This document shows, piece by piece, positions 40,219-50,392 of a DNA stretch of 64,000 bases. The stretch is from an uncultured Planctomycetota bacterium. Lineage in GTDB: Bacteria > Planctomycetota > Phycisphaerae > Tepidisphaerales > Tepidisphaeraceae. Below the pieces are notes generated by a model. The model was not told the origin of the DNA. It did no database searches and saw only the letters and a list, made by a program, of their open reading frames with translations. The position numbers and the translations under genes were made by a program. The stretch's first letter is position 1, and the number at the start of each line of letters is the position of its first letter. The stretch lies in the NCBI GenBank assembly GCA_963841915.1, contig CAWJEN010000004.1, positions 64,001 to 128,000 of the forward strand, in the 5' to 3' direction.

Positions 40219-41055
40219 GTGCTTCGGATGCTCCCGCTACTGCTGTTGATGTTCGTGACGACCGCTGACGCTGCCGACGAGCCGAACGCAGAGCCGGAAA
40301 CGCTTGTCTATCGGCAGACGCCGCAGGGCGAGCTGGAGATGAGCGTGCTGCGTCCAGCCACTGTTGAAGGGCCGCTGCCGGGCGTGGTGCTCTTCTACGG
40401 CGGCGGCTGGATCGGCGGCAAGATCGGACAGTTCGACGGTCAAGGACAATGGCTCGCCGACCGCGGCATGGTTGTCATTCAACCGGCGTACCGCACGCGG
40501 AACGGTCACGGCACCACGCCTTTCGAAGCCGTCGAGGACGCCTTTGCCGCCTTCCGCTACGTCCGCGAGAACGCTGATAAGTTCGGCATCGACCCCGATC
40601 GCCTTGCCGCCGGTGGTGGATCGGCCGGTGGCCACCTTGCTGCGGCGCTCGCGACGCTCGACGCCAAGACGATGGGAGCCGGCGACGCTGACATTGACCC
40701 GATGCCGAACGCGCTGGTTTTGTTCAACCCAGTCTACGACAACAGCGAAACCGGTTACGGCTACGAACGTGTCAAGGAACGCTGGCAGTCGTTCTCGCCG
40801 ACGCACAACCTCAACGACAAGATGCCACCGACGCTCGTGATGCTCGGCGACGAGGACCATCTGATCCCCGTCGCCACGGCCGAAGCCTTCCGCGATGCTC
40901 AAAAAGCGCTCGGGGTTCGCAGCAAACTCATTATCTACGAGGGTCAGAAGCACGGCTTCTTCAACTACGCCTCCAGCCCCGAAAGCTTCGTCGCCACTCG
41001 ACAGGCGATGGGCGAGTTCTTCGCGTCCCTTGGCTGGATCAAACTTACTGATTGA
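40219..41055 (+). CDS. Secreted alpha/beta hydrolase (esterase)
   Basis: Signal peptide; YGGGW, GGSAGGHL, GDED, HGFFN. Confidence 0.88.
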   Translation: MLRMLPLLLLMFVTTADAADEPNAEPETLVYRQTPQGELEMSVLRPATVEGPLPGVVLFYGGGWIGGKIGQFDGQGQWLADRGMVVIQPAYRTRNGHGTTPFEAVEDAFAAFRYVRENADKFGIDPDRLAAGGGSAGGHLAAALATLDAKTMGAGDADIDPMPNALVLFNPVYDNSETGYGYERVKERWQSFSPTHNLNDKMPPTLVMLGDEDHLIPVATAEAFRDAQKALGVRSKLIIYEGQKHGFFNYASSPESFVATRQAMGEFFASLGWIKLTD

Positions 41056-43195
41056 GTGCAGATGCAAGGTCAATCGGGGCCGCACTCCAGGGGTGACATC
41101 GTGAATCAAGCTCGTCACCGGCGAAGGTTTCCCAGAGAGTCGTCGCCCCGGCGTCGAGCATCGGCTGCCACAGGGCCTTGACCCGCGCGACGGCGAGGTC
41201 CAGCAGGTCATATCGGCGAAGGGCGGCAATGCCGTAGATCCAGAAGTAGGGCCCGAGTGTCGCTTCGTCCGGCTGCGGGTGCTGCAGCACGCGGACAAGC
41301 AGCCGTTTCGCTTCGGCGTCGTCGCACCAGCCGGCCAGAACGGCCCAAACGTTCGTCTGCTGACTGACTTGTGAAAGTTGCTTCCCGTCAAGAACACCGT
41401 CAGCGAAAACGTCACGACCCATATCGAAGAAGAGCGATGTTGCGGCTACGCGTCGACGGTCCACGCGTTGCCGAAGCGCTGCCGCCCGGGCGTCACGGCC
41501 GTCCTGTTCCTCCAGCTCGGCCAGGGCCAGTTCCGTCATCGACAGCAGCGCCTGCAATGCGGCGTTGATTCCGCGGCGGTCAATGCCCGGCTCGCCGACA
41601 TTGTGCCAGCCCATGCCGGCGTGGTCGAAGAAGAGCTTCTGGTTGCCCGTGCCAACGGGCTCAGTCTCCTCGCGGTCAAACTCGGCTTCGACCTTGCCAC
41701 CGCCTTGCAGTTTGGCAACATCAACGCCGCAGATGCCGTCGTCGTTCATCTGTCGCTCGAACCAGCCATAGAGGTTGCGTGCTGCGGGCAGGACATCGTG
41801 TGCGGTTGCAAGGTCGCTAGTCGCCGCCGCGTAGTCGCGGGTATAGACGACGGCAAGCAGCACATAGTCGAGCAGTACTTGTGGAAAGGCAGAATAGACG
41901 ACGGTGCGGATCAGTCCGCTCTTCAGCGGCCGGGCGAACTGCTCCTTTACCAGCCGCTTCCATTGCGACGCGTCGCCTGTGAGTTCGTACGTCCACCGCG
42001 CGATCGGGTGACCGTCGCCGACGTAGCAAGCCTGTTCCCGCGTCGGACAATCCAACGGCACCTCTTGCAGCCCAACACGCACGGTGCGGATACACAGCGA
42101 CACCACCTCATCCAACGCCGCGTCACCCGTTTGAAGTGTCGGCCACGGCAAGTCCGCTGTCGACGCCTCGACGCCGACCGATGTCACCCGCACATCACCC
42201 TTGAAGCCGCGCAGCATCAGGCAAACGTACCGAAAACCTGAGTACCGGATCGCGGCGTAGTCGACGCGTCCGGCGTGATCTGGTGGCACGGTGATGCGGT
42301 TGGCGTAGCTGCCACCCTTCATCATGAGTTGCGGCCTCCCGCGGCCGTCGAGCGACTCGGCGAATCCGACATCGATGGTCCCGCCGCCTCGGCAGACGAG
42401 GCTGAAGGTCGGTTCACCGACGTGTTCAGCCCCGAGGTCGAAGACGAGCGCAACATCGCCCGCGACGATCCAGCCGTCATCGTCTTCCGGCACCATCTCT
42501 CGCAGCGTCCAGCCAGCGTTCATGAGCGAAAGGCCGTAGGCCGCAGTCTGTTTGCCGCCCTCGAGCGGCTGGCCGTCGGGGCCGATTCCGATCGGGTGGG
42601 GCGGCTCGTCGATGTCGAACACCGCCAGTAAGGTCTTCGCCTCGTGCGTCTCGTAAACCAGCGTCGGCAGTGGGTTGATGCCGACGTCGACCGCCCACTT
42701 CGGCGGGGCGGCTGCCTTTGCTTGCGGCCAGTGGTCATCGTCGTAGGTCGGCAACTGCCATCCGATCGGATGGTCGGCCAGTCGCAGGTGTTCGACCTGA
42801 TCCAGCACGCCAGTCCGCCGCGGCGTCGTTTCGTCGTAGCCGGTGCGGTCAGTCGCCCGCCACGCCACGTAAGGCCGCCCAATCACCTCGGCCCACAGCC
42901 CGACATGCCCGATCGGCACGCCCGCCAACGTCGGCAGCCCGGCGTCGTACACCAGCACGCACAAGACATGTACGCCGCTACCTAAGGCGTACTCGTCATA
43001 CAGCCGCTCCTCCGGATGGTGCGGCGTCGGCCCGCGTCCGGCGTGCCGGCCGTCGATCCAAAGCTGGTAGCGCCCTTCGCAGTACAACCGCAGTGTCGTC
43101 GCCTGCTGAAGGCTGACGCGGGCGCGGAAGAGTCGAACGGCCGGTGTCGTTTCGTCGCCGATCCAGAGTGGCGTCGGGTCGAAGTCGGTCTGCAT
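41045..43195 (-). CDS. Alpha-L-rhamnosidase-like glycoside hydrolase (GH78)
   Basis: VFDLG, GFRY, LDCPTREQACYVGD, GATTLWE, SRCHPWS. Confidence 0.85.
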   Translation of the reverse strand: MQTDFDPTPLWIGDETTPAVRLFRARVSLQQATTLRLYCEGRYQLWIDGRHAGRGPTPHHPEERLYDEYALGSGVHVLCVLVYDAGLPTLAGVPIGHVGLWAEVIGRPYVAWRATDRTGYDETTPRRTGVLDQVEHLRLADHPIGWQLPTYDDDHWPQAKAAAPPKWAVDVGINPLPTLVYETHEAKTLLAVFDIDEPPHPIGIGPDGQPLEGGKQTAAYGLSLMNAGWTLREMVPEDDDGWIVAGDVALVFDLGAEHVGEPTFSLVCRGGGTIDVGFAESLDGRGRPQLMMKGGSYANRITVPPDHAGRVDYAAIRYSGFRYVCLMLRGFKGDVRVTSVGVEASTADLPWPTLQTGDAALDEVVSLCIRTVRVGLQEVPLDCPTREQACYVGDGHPIARWTYELTGDASQWKRLVKEQFARPLKSGLIRTVVYSAFPQVLLDYVLLAVVYTRDYAAATSDLATAHDVLPAARNLYGWFERQMNDDGICGVDVAKLQGGGKVEAEFDREETEPVGTGNQKLFFDHAGMGWHNVGEPGIDRRGINAALQALLSMTELALAELEEQDGRDARAAALRQRVDRRRVAATSLFFDMGRDVFADGVLDGKQLSQVSQQTNVWAVLAGWCDDAEAKRLLVRVLQHPQPDEATLGPYFWIYGIAALRRYDLLDLAVARVKALWQPMLDAGATTLWETFAGDELDSRCHPWSAAPIDLASALNQ

Positions 43196-43222
43196 CGCAG
43201 CGATGATAACCAAGCCCCTTCA

Positions 43223-44623
43223 TCACGCCTTTGCCGCGGCAAACTCCGTCGCGTCATCCCACGCCCGAAGCTCATTGCGTACATCGTCCGGCAAACCGTT
43301 CCGCTCGGCACCGTCTGCATCCTGCTGGAGCGGGTCGACGGCCAGATCCCACGTGCGATGACTGTGACCCTTGCGATCGAGAATCTCGAGCGTCGTGGCG
43401 GTCCGGCGACCGATGTGTGTCTCCCCGACCTGCTCGATGATGCACGACGTCCCTTCGCCGCTGTCGCCAGCGAGCCGGTTGTTCATCGCGACGCCGCCCA
43501 TGTACTCGGGTACGTCAACGCCCGCCGCCGTCAGGAACGTCGGCGCGACATCGATAAGCGAACCGACGCCTGAATCGACGTGACCCGACTTGACGCCGCA
43601 GCCTTCAATCATCATCGGAATGCGGTAGCTTTCTTCGTGCAGCGTCCCTTTGCCAAAGAGGTTGTGACTCGCCAGCATGTCGCCGTGATCGCTGGTGAAG
43701 ACGGCGAGTGTCTTGTCAGTTTGTCCCGTCGCGTCGAGGGTCCGCAGCACCGTCGCCAGTGTGTCGTCGACCCAAGCCGTCGCCCCGAGGTAGAGCGCCG
43801 TCAGCTCCTCGAGCGACGCCGCGTCGGCATCGGCGATGTGCGGCATGCGGTTCAGGTAATGCCGAAAATCCCACAGGTACGTGCGGAACGTGCTGTCGTG
43901 TGCCGCGGCATCGAAGTCGCCTGGCACGTTGGCGCGCAGCTGAACGTCCGCCGGGTCCACCATCTCTAGATACTCGGCAGGCATGTCGGCCAGCGGCATG
44001 TGCGGCGGACTGATGTTGTAGTACAAGAACCAAGGCTGTTTCGAGGCCGCCTCGTTCCTGAAGAAGTCGCACACACGGTCGCGTTCGTATTCGACGCTGA
44101 ACCCTTGCGGAGAAAATTCCGGGCCGCCGTTCTCGGTGAAGAGCTGTGCAGAATGGGCGTGGTGCGCCCGCGGGATGACATAGTCGTGGAACCCGAGGTG
44201 ATGCGGCCAGGCATCGACGTGCCACTTGCCGACCGCTCGCGTGTGGTAGCCGGCCTCTTTGAGCAGTTCGGGCATCGTCTTGTTCGGGAATGCCGCCCGG
44301 GTCGGCGGGGCGTAGGCGTCGAATGACCAGCCCTTCCGCTGCTCCAGCGAGTCGCCGGTGGTGTATCGAAGCACGGGGTTACGGGTCGTGCCGGTGGCCT
44401 GCCTCGCGTACTGCCCGCTCAGCACGACGCTCCGGGCGGCAACACAAATTGGGCAGTTGCTGACGGCCGTTTCGAATCTGGTACCGCGAGCGGCCATGGC
44501 ATCCATGGCCGGCGTCAACGGCGAGCCGTCGCGACGCGTCGTCGTCTGCCCATACGCCCCGACGTCGCACCAACGGAGCTCGTCGCACATGATGTACAGC
44601 AGGTTCGGGCGGTCGGCAGGCAT
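43223..44623 (-). CDS. Sulfatase (formylglycine type)
   Basis: RPNLLYIMCDELR, CVAARS (CxAxR), GKWH, PPHMP, TSDHGD. Confidence 0.9.
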   Translation of the reverse strand: MPADRPNLLYIMCDELRWCDVGAYGQTTTRRDGSPLTPAMDAMAARGTRFETAVSNCPICVAARSVVLSGQYARQATGTTRNPVLRYTTGDSLEQRKGWSFDAYAPPTRAAFPNKTMPELLKEAGYHTRAVGKWHVDAWPHHLGFHDYVIPRAHHAHSAQLFTENGGPEFSPQGFSVEYERDRVCDFFRNEAASKQPWFLYYNISPPHMPLADMPAEYLEMVDPADVQLRANVPGDFDAAAHDSTFRTYLWDFRHYLNRMPHIADADAASLEELTALYLGATAWVDDTLATVLRTLDATGQTDKTLAVFTSDHGDMLASHNLFGKGTLHEESYRIPMMIEGCGVKSGHVDSGVGSLIDVAPTFLTAAGVDVPEYMGGVAMNNRLAGDSGEGTSCIIEQVGETHIGRRTATTLEILDRKGHSHRTWDLAVDPLQQDADGAERNGLPDDVRNELRAWDDATEFAAAKA

Positions 44624-44681
44624 GGCGTGACCATATCCGCGAGCCGACTAGGCCTTGCTTCTGTGTCATGACAAACAACAG

Positions 44682-44709
44682 AAAGGCCCCGTCGCGTGGC
44701 GACGGGGCC
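44682..44709 (-). terminator. Rho-independent terminator of the outer-membrane protein gene
   Basis: GGCCCCGTCGC-gtg-GCGACGGGGCC stem followed by TTTCTGTTGTTT on the minus strand. Confidence 0.75.
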
Positions 44710-44741
44710 CCAGATAGCGGTCTGTAGCTGGCGAATCGTGA

Positions 44742-45263
44742 TCAGAGCACGACACCGACGCCGAGGCGGAACAGGAACGAGCCGTCGTCGAAGGCTTCGT
44801 CGGCCTCGTCGCCGTCCTCGAAGAAGAACTGGTACTCCACCTGGCCGAAGATGAACCAGTTATCTTCGATGAAGTACTTCACGCCGCCCTCGGGGCCGGC
44901 GAAGAAGGTGTCGGTGACGGCGTCGCCGTAGTTGTAACCGAGGCTGGCACCGATGAAGGGCTGCAGCTCGCCACCCGGATCGCCGAAGTGGTAGTTACCG
45001 AACAGCGCGGTCGAGCCGTTGGTGTTGGAGCCACCGAGGTCGTTGAAGCCGAGCGTCTGACGGACGCCACCTTCGAGCTGGTCGCTGAAGAAGTAGCCGA
45101 GCGTGCCACCGACGCGGATGTCGGTGCCGTTGACGTTGACGTCGGTTTGGGCAAAGCCGTCGAGGCGGATTTCGTAGTCGCCTTCTTGAAACTGCGCCGA
45201 AGCAGGCGCGGCAAGGGCGGCGGTGGTGAGGCCGGCGGCGACGAGGAGGGTGCGGTTGGTCAT
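44742..45263 (-). CDS. Outer membrane beta-barrel protein (OmpA/OmpW-like, about 8 strands)
   Basis: Signal peptide ending ASA|Q; alternating beta-strands (LGYFF, QPFIGASLGY, GVKYFI, FRLGVGVVL). Confidence 0.8.
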   Translation of the reverse strand: MTNRTLLVAAGLTTAALAAPASAQFQEGDYEIRLDGFAQTDVNVNGTDIRVGGTLGYFFSDQLEGGVRQTLGFNDLGGSNTNGSTALFGNYHFGDPGGELQPFIGASLGYNYGDAVTDTFFAGPEGGVKYFIEDNWFIFGQVEYQFFFEDGDEADEAFDDGSFLFRLGVGVVL

Positions 45264-45401
45264 GGTCAAGGTTGGGTTAGAGATGCGAATCGAAGCGTTA
45301 CCGCTCATCGTAACGAGTTTGCGGCCGATGCCGATCCGATGCATGTTGTATGTGCAAGGCGCAAAGGTGGGAACCAACCATTTTCGATGCGAGATTCCGC
45401 A

Positions 45402-46376
45402 TCAGCCTCTAAGCACCACCTCCGCCGCCGACCAGCCGGACCGCCACGCGTCGGCCACCTTGTCACCCAGTAGCCAGTCACCAGCAACGACTACGCGTCG
45501 ATCAGCCGTATGCAGGACAGGCCGACCGATAGGGTCTGCAGCCGACGCGTATCGCCATCGGTGGGCCGTTGCGTGCGTCGGCGATGTCGTCTTGCCGATA
45601 ATGTTGGCGACCTGTTTCGACGCCTCGCCTGCCACCTCATCGGGGAGTGCTTCGAGAAACTGATTCGACCAATTATGATTCATGTGTGCCACCCAACCAC
45701 CGGCTGCAACGCTAAACAACCAGGAGACGGCACCGCCCGTCACTCGCGCCGCATCGAATCCCGCTTCGTCACCGTCCGGCCAGGCCAGCATGACCGCCCA
45801 GGTCGGCCGCATCACGACGGCTGCTGCCTGATCGGAAAGATCAGTCTGCGAGTGGCGTAGCAACTCTGCGGTCTGCGGTGCCGGACAGGCGACAATGATG
45901 CTGTCGAAACCGTCGACGCTGTCAGTGTCGTTGAAGTCGAGGCGGCCGTCACCGACCGAGATGACGCGACGCTGCGGGTTGAAGGTGACGCCCGCCGTGG
46001 CCGCCAGGAACTTGCACACGCTGTTCATGCCCGGTGTTCCAACAAACCGAATCTCCGGCTGAGCCGCTTCGGGTAATCGCTCCTTCGGAAGCTCCATCAC
46101 TTGGCCCGAGTACGGCTCGATAAGGCCGGCCGCCTGCCATCGCTCGACTTCTACCGCGAATGCTGCATGCCCATCGGTGGTGAACAGCGTGACCCCGTGC
46201 GGGAAGCAAAGCTCGCCGAGCCCTTCGATGGTGGCGCGTCGGACGCTCATGCGGCCGCCTGGGCTGCGGGCCTTGTCGAAGATGTCGACGCGGCAGCCGG
46301 CTTGAGCAAGGCGTGCCGCTGAAGTCGTCGCAGCAAGGCCGCCCCCGACTACCGCCACACGTTTAGGAGCATCCAT
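45402..46376 (-). CDS. Renalase-like NAD(P)/FAD-dependent oxidoreductase
   Basis: VVGGGLA, FDKARSPGGRMSVRR, GTPGMN, HRWRYA, AGDW. Confidence 0.85.
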   Translation of the reverse strand: MDAPKRVAVVGGGLAATTSAARLAQAGCRVDIFDKARSPGGRMSVRRATIEGLGELCFPHGVTLFTTDGHAAFAVEVERWQAAGLIEPYSGQVMELPKERLPEAAQPEIRFVGTPGMNSVCKFLAATAGVTFNPQRRVISVGDGRLDFNDTDSVDGFDSIIVACPAPQTAELLRHSQTDLSDQAAAVVMRPTWAVMLAWPDGDEAGFDAARVTGGAVSWLFSVAAGGWVAHMNHNWSNQFLEALPDEVAGEASKQVANIIGKTTSPTHATAHRWRYASAADPIGRPVLHTADRRVVVAGDWLLGDKVADAWRSGWSAAEVVLRG

Positions 46377-46384
46377 GTCCGACG

Positions 46385-46786
46385 CTAAGCCCGCCTGCCG
46401 GACGGCTGTCTCACGACTCGACACCATGGGCACGCGCAGTCGCCCGTCGGCTTATGCTCCGGGCACTGTTCACTTGGGTCACGCGCTTTGTCGGCCACCG
46501 GGCACCCGCAGCCGGGTTCGGCCAAGGGGTCCACGAGATTACGCTTCGTCATCGGCCTGCCACAGTGTTCGGTGCCATTGTCGATGACGAGGAGCGGGCA
46601 CCCGCGACAGGCGGACCGTCGCTCCCGCCAATCTTCGGCCACCGCCATGACGCCGCCGTCCCGTGCCCGCGACTGCACATACTTGGCAGCAGCACGGCTC
46701 CAGACGCGAAATCCTTTAGCCCGATGACGCGTCTTCTGAAACGCAGTTTTTGATGAACCACCGGCACCACAACGCGAGCATGCCAT
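46385..46786 (-). CDS. Small Cys-rich hypothetical protein (putative metal binding)
   Basis: 11 Cys: CSRC, CRGCP, HCG, GCGCP, CP, CACPWC. Confidence 0.6.
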   Translation of the reverse strand: MACSRCGAGGSSKTAFQKTRHRAKGFRVWSRAAAKYVQSRARDGGVMAVAEDWRERRSACRGCPLLVIDNGTEHCGRPMTKRNLVDPLAEPGCGCPVADKARDPSEQCPEHKPTGDCACPWCRVVRQPSGRRA

Positions 46787-46895
46787 GTCTTTGCTATCGA
46801 CCAGGTGCGGCCTGACAGTCAAGGCCGCACACGGCGACGTTGGTCGCTACCGTGGATCAAGCCGCTGCCGATGACGGCTTGTTGTTCGAGAGGTC

Positions 46896-48671
46896 ATGCT
46901 ACTTCGCGACCCGCACCAGCTTCCCGCCCGAACCGCTGCCTTGTCGGCCGATGTGCAGCAGGGTCACGTCGATGCATTGCAGTACTCCTCCGACGTCTAC
47001 GGCTGGCGTCCGACGTGGGCCGACACCGTGCTCCGGGCTCGGCCGCTGATGATTAGCTTGTGGATTGTCATTCAGCTCGCCTCCTTCAACGGCATGTGGC
47101 GTGTCGGCCACGACTCGGCCCTCTATCGCAGCGTCGGCCACTCCTTAGCCATCGGCCACGGCTACGCCATCAGTGGCGAAGCTCATGACCACGTCTACCC
47201 GGGCCTGCCTTACCTACTGGCGGGACTCGAACGCGTCTTCGGTGCCGAAATCGCCTGGCCCGGCGTTCTGGCAATGCTGCTGTCGGCAACGCTGACGGTC
47301 GGCTTCGTCTATCTCCTCGCCCGCCGCATCCTGCCCGATTGGGCGGCCACCCTGGTCACCGCTGGAGTCGCCTTCAACTGGCGATTTATCCAACAGGCGC
47401 ACGAGCTCATGACCGACGCGCCGTTCCTGCTGGGCGTCGTGCTGGCGATGCTCGGCTTCGACCTGACGCGGCACCGGCGGACGCTGCTCGTCGGGGTCGC
47501 CGTCTCCGTCATCGGGCTCGCCCTGGCAGCGGTCATGCGGCCGACGGCCTGGGTGCTCTTTGCCTCGGCGGGCCTGTGGGCAAGCTGGCTCACGGTCCGG
47601 AACCTGGTCTCGCGTGATCCTGCGCGTCGCAGACGCGGTTACTGGTTCGGCGGCGTGGTCATCACCATCGGCAGCGTCGTGGCCGGGTTTCTCCTACTCG
47701 ATCCACGAACCGGCACGAGTGGCAGTTTCGGGCAGTATGAGCAGGAACTTATCGATCGCTTCTCCCTCTTCGTGGGCGACACCGATCGGCTCCGCGTGCT
47801 GCCACGAGCCCTTTGGACGATCGTCGACGACGACCTGCCGCGACTGTTCTTTGGCGAACGCGTTACGGGCCTCAACCCCTTTTTCACCCTCGCGCTTTTC
47901 GGTGGTGTCGGTCTGGTGGCCTTACGGCGGGACGATCCATCGAAGCGGCGACCGCTTTGGTCGCTGACGGTCGTGGTGTTGGTCGTCGTCTGCCTGTTGC
48001 TCAGCAGCGAGCCACGTTACTGGTTAATGGTGCTGCCGATCCTGTGGGCGGGCTGGTTGCTGGGCTTGATGCAGGGCGCCCGCAATTGGTTCAAGACGCC
48101 GCTCGGCCGTAGTCGCTGGGTGGCGGCTGGTCTGATCATGGTCTTCCTCGGCAATTCAATCAGCATCGTCAAGCTCATCATCGAGCAACGGTCGACGCCA
48201 TTCCTGGAGAGCTACAAGCAGGGCGAGTACGCACCGCTCGAGAAGTTTGCCACGACATTGCGAGCCGGCACGCAGCCGGGGGACGTCATCATTGGTCCAC
48301 ACGCATCGGTGCTGAGCTACTGGACGGACCGGCCCGTCATCGGCGCCCGCGAGATCGGGTTCGGCCACATCAGCGACACACCCGGTCGCATCAGGGCAGT
48401 CCGAGACAGCGGGGCCACGTGGATGGTGTTTCCGCATCAGCCTTACGACAACCGCGATGACAAGCTGTTTCGTCTGATCCGCCAAGGCCTCATCTACGCG
48501 GCGAACGAACGCGACGACGAAGCGATCACACTCGAGGTGATCGACCACAAGCAACGCAAGCGAACGTGGTGGGCGGCACCGTTTCAGGTCGACGAGCGGA
48601 TTCTACCTGACGCCGACCGTAAGCATTGGCCGGCCGGCGAGAGATTGCCGACGGACACGGGGGCCAAGTGA
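46896..48671 (+). CDS. GT-C fold (ArnT/PMT-like) membrane glycosyltransferase 1
   Basis: W..GHDSALY.S...L..GHGY, YPGLPYLL, MTDAPF, EPRYWL; many TMs; GAGG SD. Confidence 0.75.
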   Translation: MLLRDPHQLPARTAALSADVQQGHVDALQYSSDVYGWRPTWADTVLRARPLMISLWIVIQLASFNGMWRVGHDSALYRSVGHSLAIGHGYAISGEAHDHVYPGLPYLLAGLERVFGAEIAWPGVLAMLLSATLTVGFVYLLARRILPDWAATLVTAGVAFNWRFIQQAHELMTDAPFLLGVVLAMLGFDLTRHRRTLLVGVAVSVIGLALAAVMRPTAWVLFASAGLWASWLTVRNLVSRDPARRRRGYWFGGVVITIGSVVAGFLLLDPRTGTSGSFGQYEQELIDRFSLFVGDTDRLRVLPRALWTIVDDDLPRLFFGERVTGLNPFFTLALFGGVGLVALRRDDPSKRRPLWSLTVVVLVVVCLLLSSEPRYWLMVLPILWAGWLLGLMQGARNWFKTPLGRSRWVAAGLIMVFLGNSISIVKLIIEQRSTPFLESYKQGEYAPLEKFATTLRAGTQPGDVIIGPHASVLSYWTDRPVIGAREIGFGHISDTPGRIRAVRDSGATWMVFPHQPYDNRDDKLFRLIRQGLIYAANERDDEAITLEVIDHKQRKRTWWAAPFQVDERILPDADRKHWPAGERLPTDTGAK

Positions 48672-50359
48672 GTGCAGCTGTTCGCTGGTTGCGTCAAGCA
48701 GACGGTTTAGGCGTCGTCGCGCTGATCGTGTCGCTGCTGACGCTGTTTGGGCTTGTGCACAATCCTTGGTGGGTGCCGACCGGTGACAGCGAAGTCTTCC
48801 TAGTCACGGCTCGCAACTTCTACAACGGCGACGGGCTGACCTTTCTTGGCGATCCGCTGCGAGTCGCGCCGCCAGGATGGCCGATCGTGCTGGCCTTTCT
48901 CATGTGGCTAGGCGGCGGGCTCATCGCGGTACTGAAGCTGGCACAGATTGTGTTCATGATCGGCGGTCTGCTGCTCATGTACTTCGTACTGCGCGGCGGG
49001 CTCGATGCGTCGCCGAGACAGGCTGTCCTCGCGACGCTGCTCGCTGCCGTCTGCTCGCCGCTGTATCCGCTGACGTTCTGGTTGCACTCCGACGCGTTGT
49101 TCATGCTGCTCGCCGGTGGAGCGACGCTGGCCGCTGTGCGATTCGGCCGCGGCGAGGCCGTGGCATGGCTCGTTGCCGCCGTCGTGCTCGTAGCCCTCGG
49201 CATCGTCGTCCGCTGGGCAGGGTTCGTCTTTGCACCCGTTGTAGCGTTGGCGTGTCTCAGTGGTCGCCAACGACGTGGCATCGTCGGTATGTGCGTCGTC
49301 GGCCTCGCCTCGCTGATCTGGTTTGCCTTTCTTTACGGCATTGTGACCCGCGACGCGGCGGTCACCGCTCTGGCCGTCGCCGACGCACCAGACCTGCTCA
49401 TCCGCGAGCGACCTGACCTGTCACTGGTGGGCGAGTTGCTGGATCGGTTGACACGGCTTCCGAATTGGGTCGGCTGGACGTTCTTCGCACCAATGCGGTT
49501 CCTGGCCTTCGGCACACACGACATGGGCCAATTCATCAATACCTTCGTCGGCACCCTGGCCACGTCGCTCATCATCGTCGCCGCCGTTCTTGACGTCCGG
49601 CGTGGTCGCTGGCTTATGGCCGGCGTCTTGACCTACATCATTGCGCTCGCGGTGATCTGGCCGTTTCCGAATCCGCGGTATCTCGTTCCGGTCCTGCCGC
49701 TGGCGATCTTTGCCATCACAACGTCTTTGTCGAGACTGGCAACTTGGAAGGTTGGCCCGCTCTGGCGGACGCTGCGGTGGTCGTTCGTCGCCGCGTTGCT
49801 GGCCGTCAACGGCTCGATGTGGCTTGTCGACGTTTGGGTGGCGAGGGCATCGACGCCACGCGACTTCTACAACCGCTACGAGGCCGGTATCCACCTGTCG
49901 CTCCTGGAGTCAGCGTGGCGGCTTCGCAATGTCGACGGCAACGTCGCGTACAGCGGCCGCTACGAAAATCTTAACGAGCTGTGGGTCTATCACCATCCAA
50001 GACGCGTGATCGCCTATCTCGCCGGCCGTGACGCGTTGCAGGCTCCGATGATCAACAACGGCCGACGCGTCAAGGCGGCGCAGCAATGGTCGCGCGACAA
50101 CGACATCAGCTGGTACGTCCACCAGAATCCGACCGTCCCGGGCCGAGTCTGGCACTTTCGCCTGACGCCTGAGGAACACGGATTGGTTATGGGCGACCCG
50201 TCGCACTCGCTCATCGAGCAGTTCGAGCTGTACGAAATGCGGAATCACGCCAAGCCTGGCCACCCAGTGATGCTGTGGCTCGACGCTGCCGTCCCGCCAC
50301 CGCTGACTGACGAAGAAATTCAAGTCATTGCATGCCGGGTCCCGGATCTGGGCACCTGA
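48668..50359 (+). CDS. GT-C fold membrane glycosyltransferase 2
   Basis: W.PTGDSEVF..TARN...GDG, PPGWP, HSDALF, NPRYLVP; GTG start overlaps the previous stop. Confidence 0.75.
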   Translation: MSAAVRWLRQADGLGVVALIVSLLTLFGLVHNPWWVPTGDSEVFLVTARNFYNGDGLTFLGDPLRVAPPGWPIVLAFLMWLGGGLIAVLKLAQIVFMIGGLLLMYFVLRGGLDASPRQAVLATLLAAVCSPLYPLTFWLHSDALFMLLAGGATLAAVRFGRGEAVAWLVAAVVLVALGIVVRWAGFVFAPVVALACLSGRQRRGIVGMCVVGLASLIWFAFLYGIVTRDAAVTALAVADAPDLLIRERPDLSLVGELLDRLTRLPNWVGWTFFAPMRFLAFGTHDMGQFINTFVGTLATSLIIVAAVLDVRRGRWLMAGVLTYIIALAVIWPFPNPRYLVPVLPLAIFAITTSLSRLATWKVGPLWRTLRWSFVAALLAVNGSMWLVDVWVARASTPRDFYNRYEAGIHLSLLESAWRLRNVDGNVAYSGRYENLNELWVYHHPRRVIAYLAGRDALQAPMINNGRRVKAAQQWSRDNDISWYVHQNPTVPGRVWHFRLTPEEHGLVMGDPSHSLIEQFELYEMRNHAKPGHPVMLWLDAAVPPPLTDEEIQVIACRVPDLGT

Positions 50360-50392
50360 CACGAAGTTCCGGCCGACTTAACCTGCTGCACG

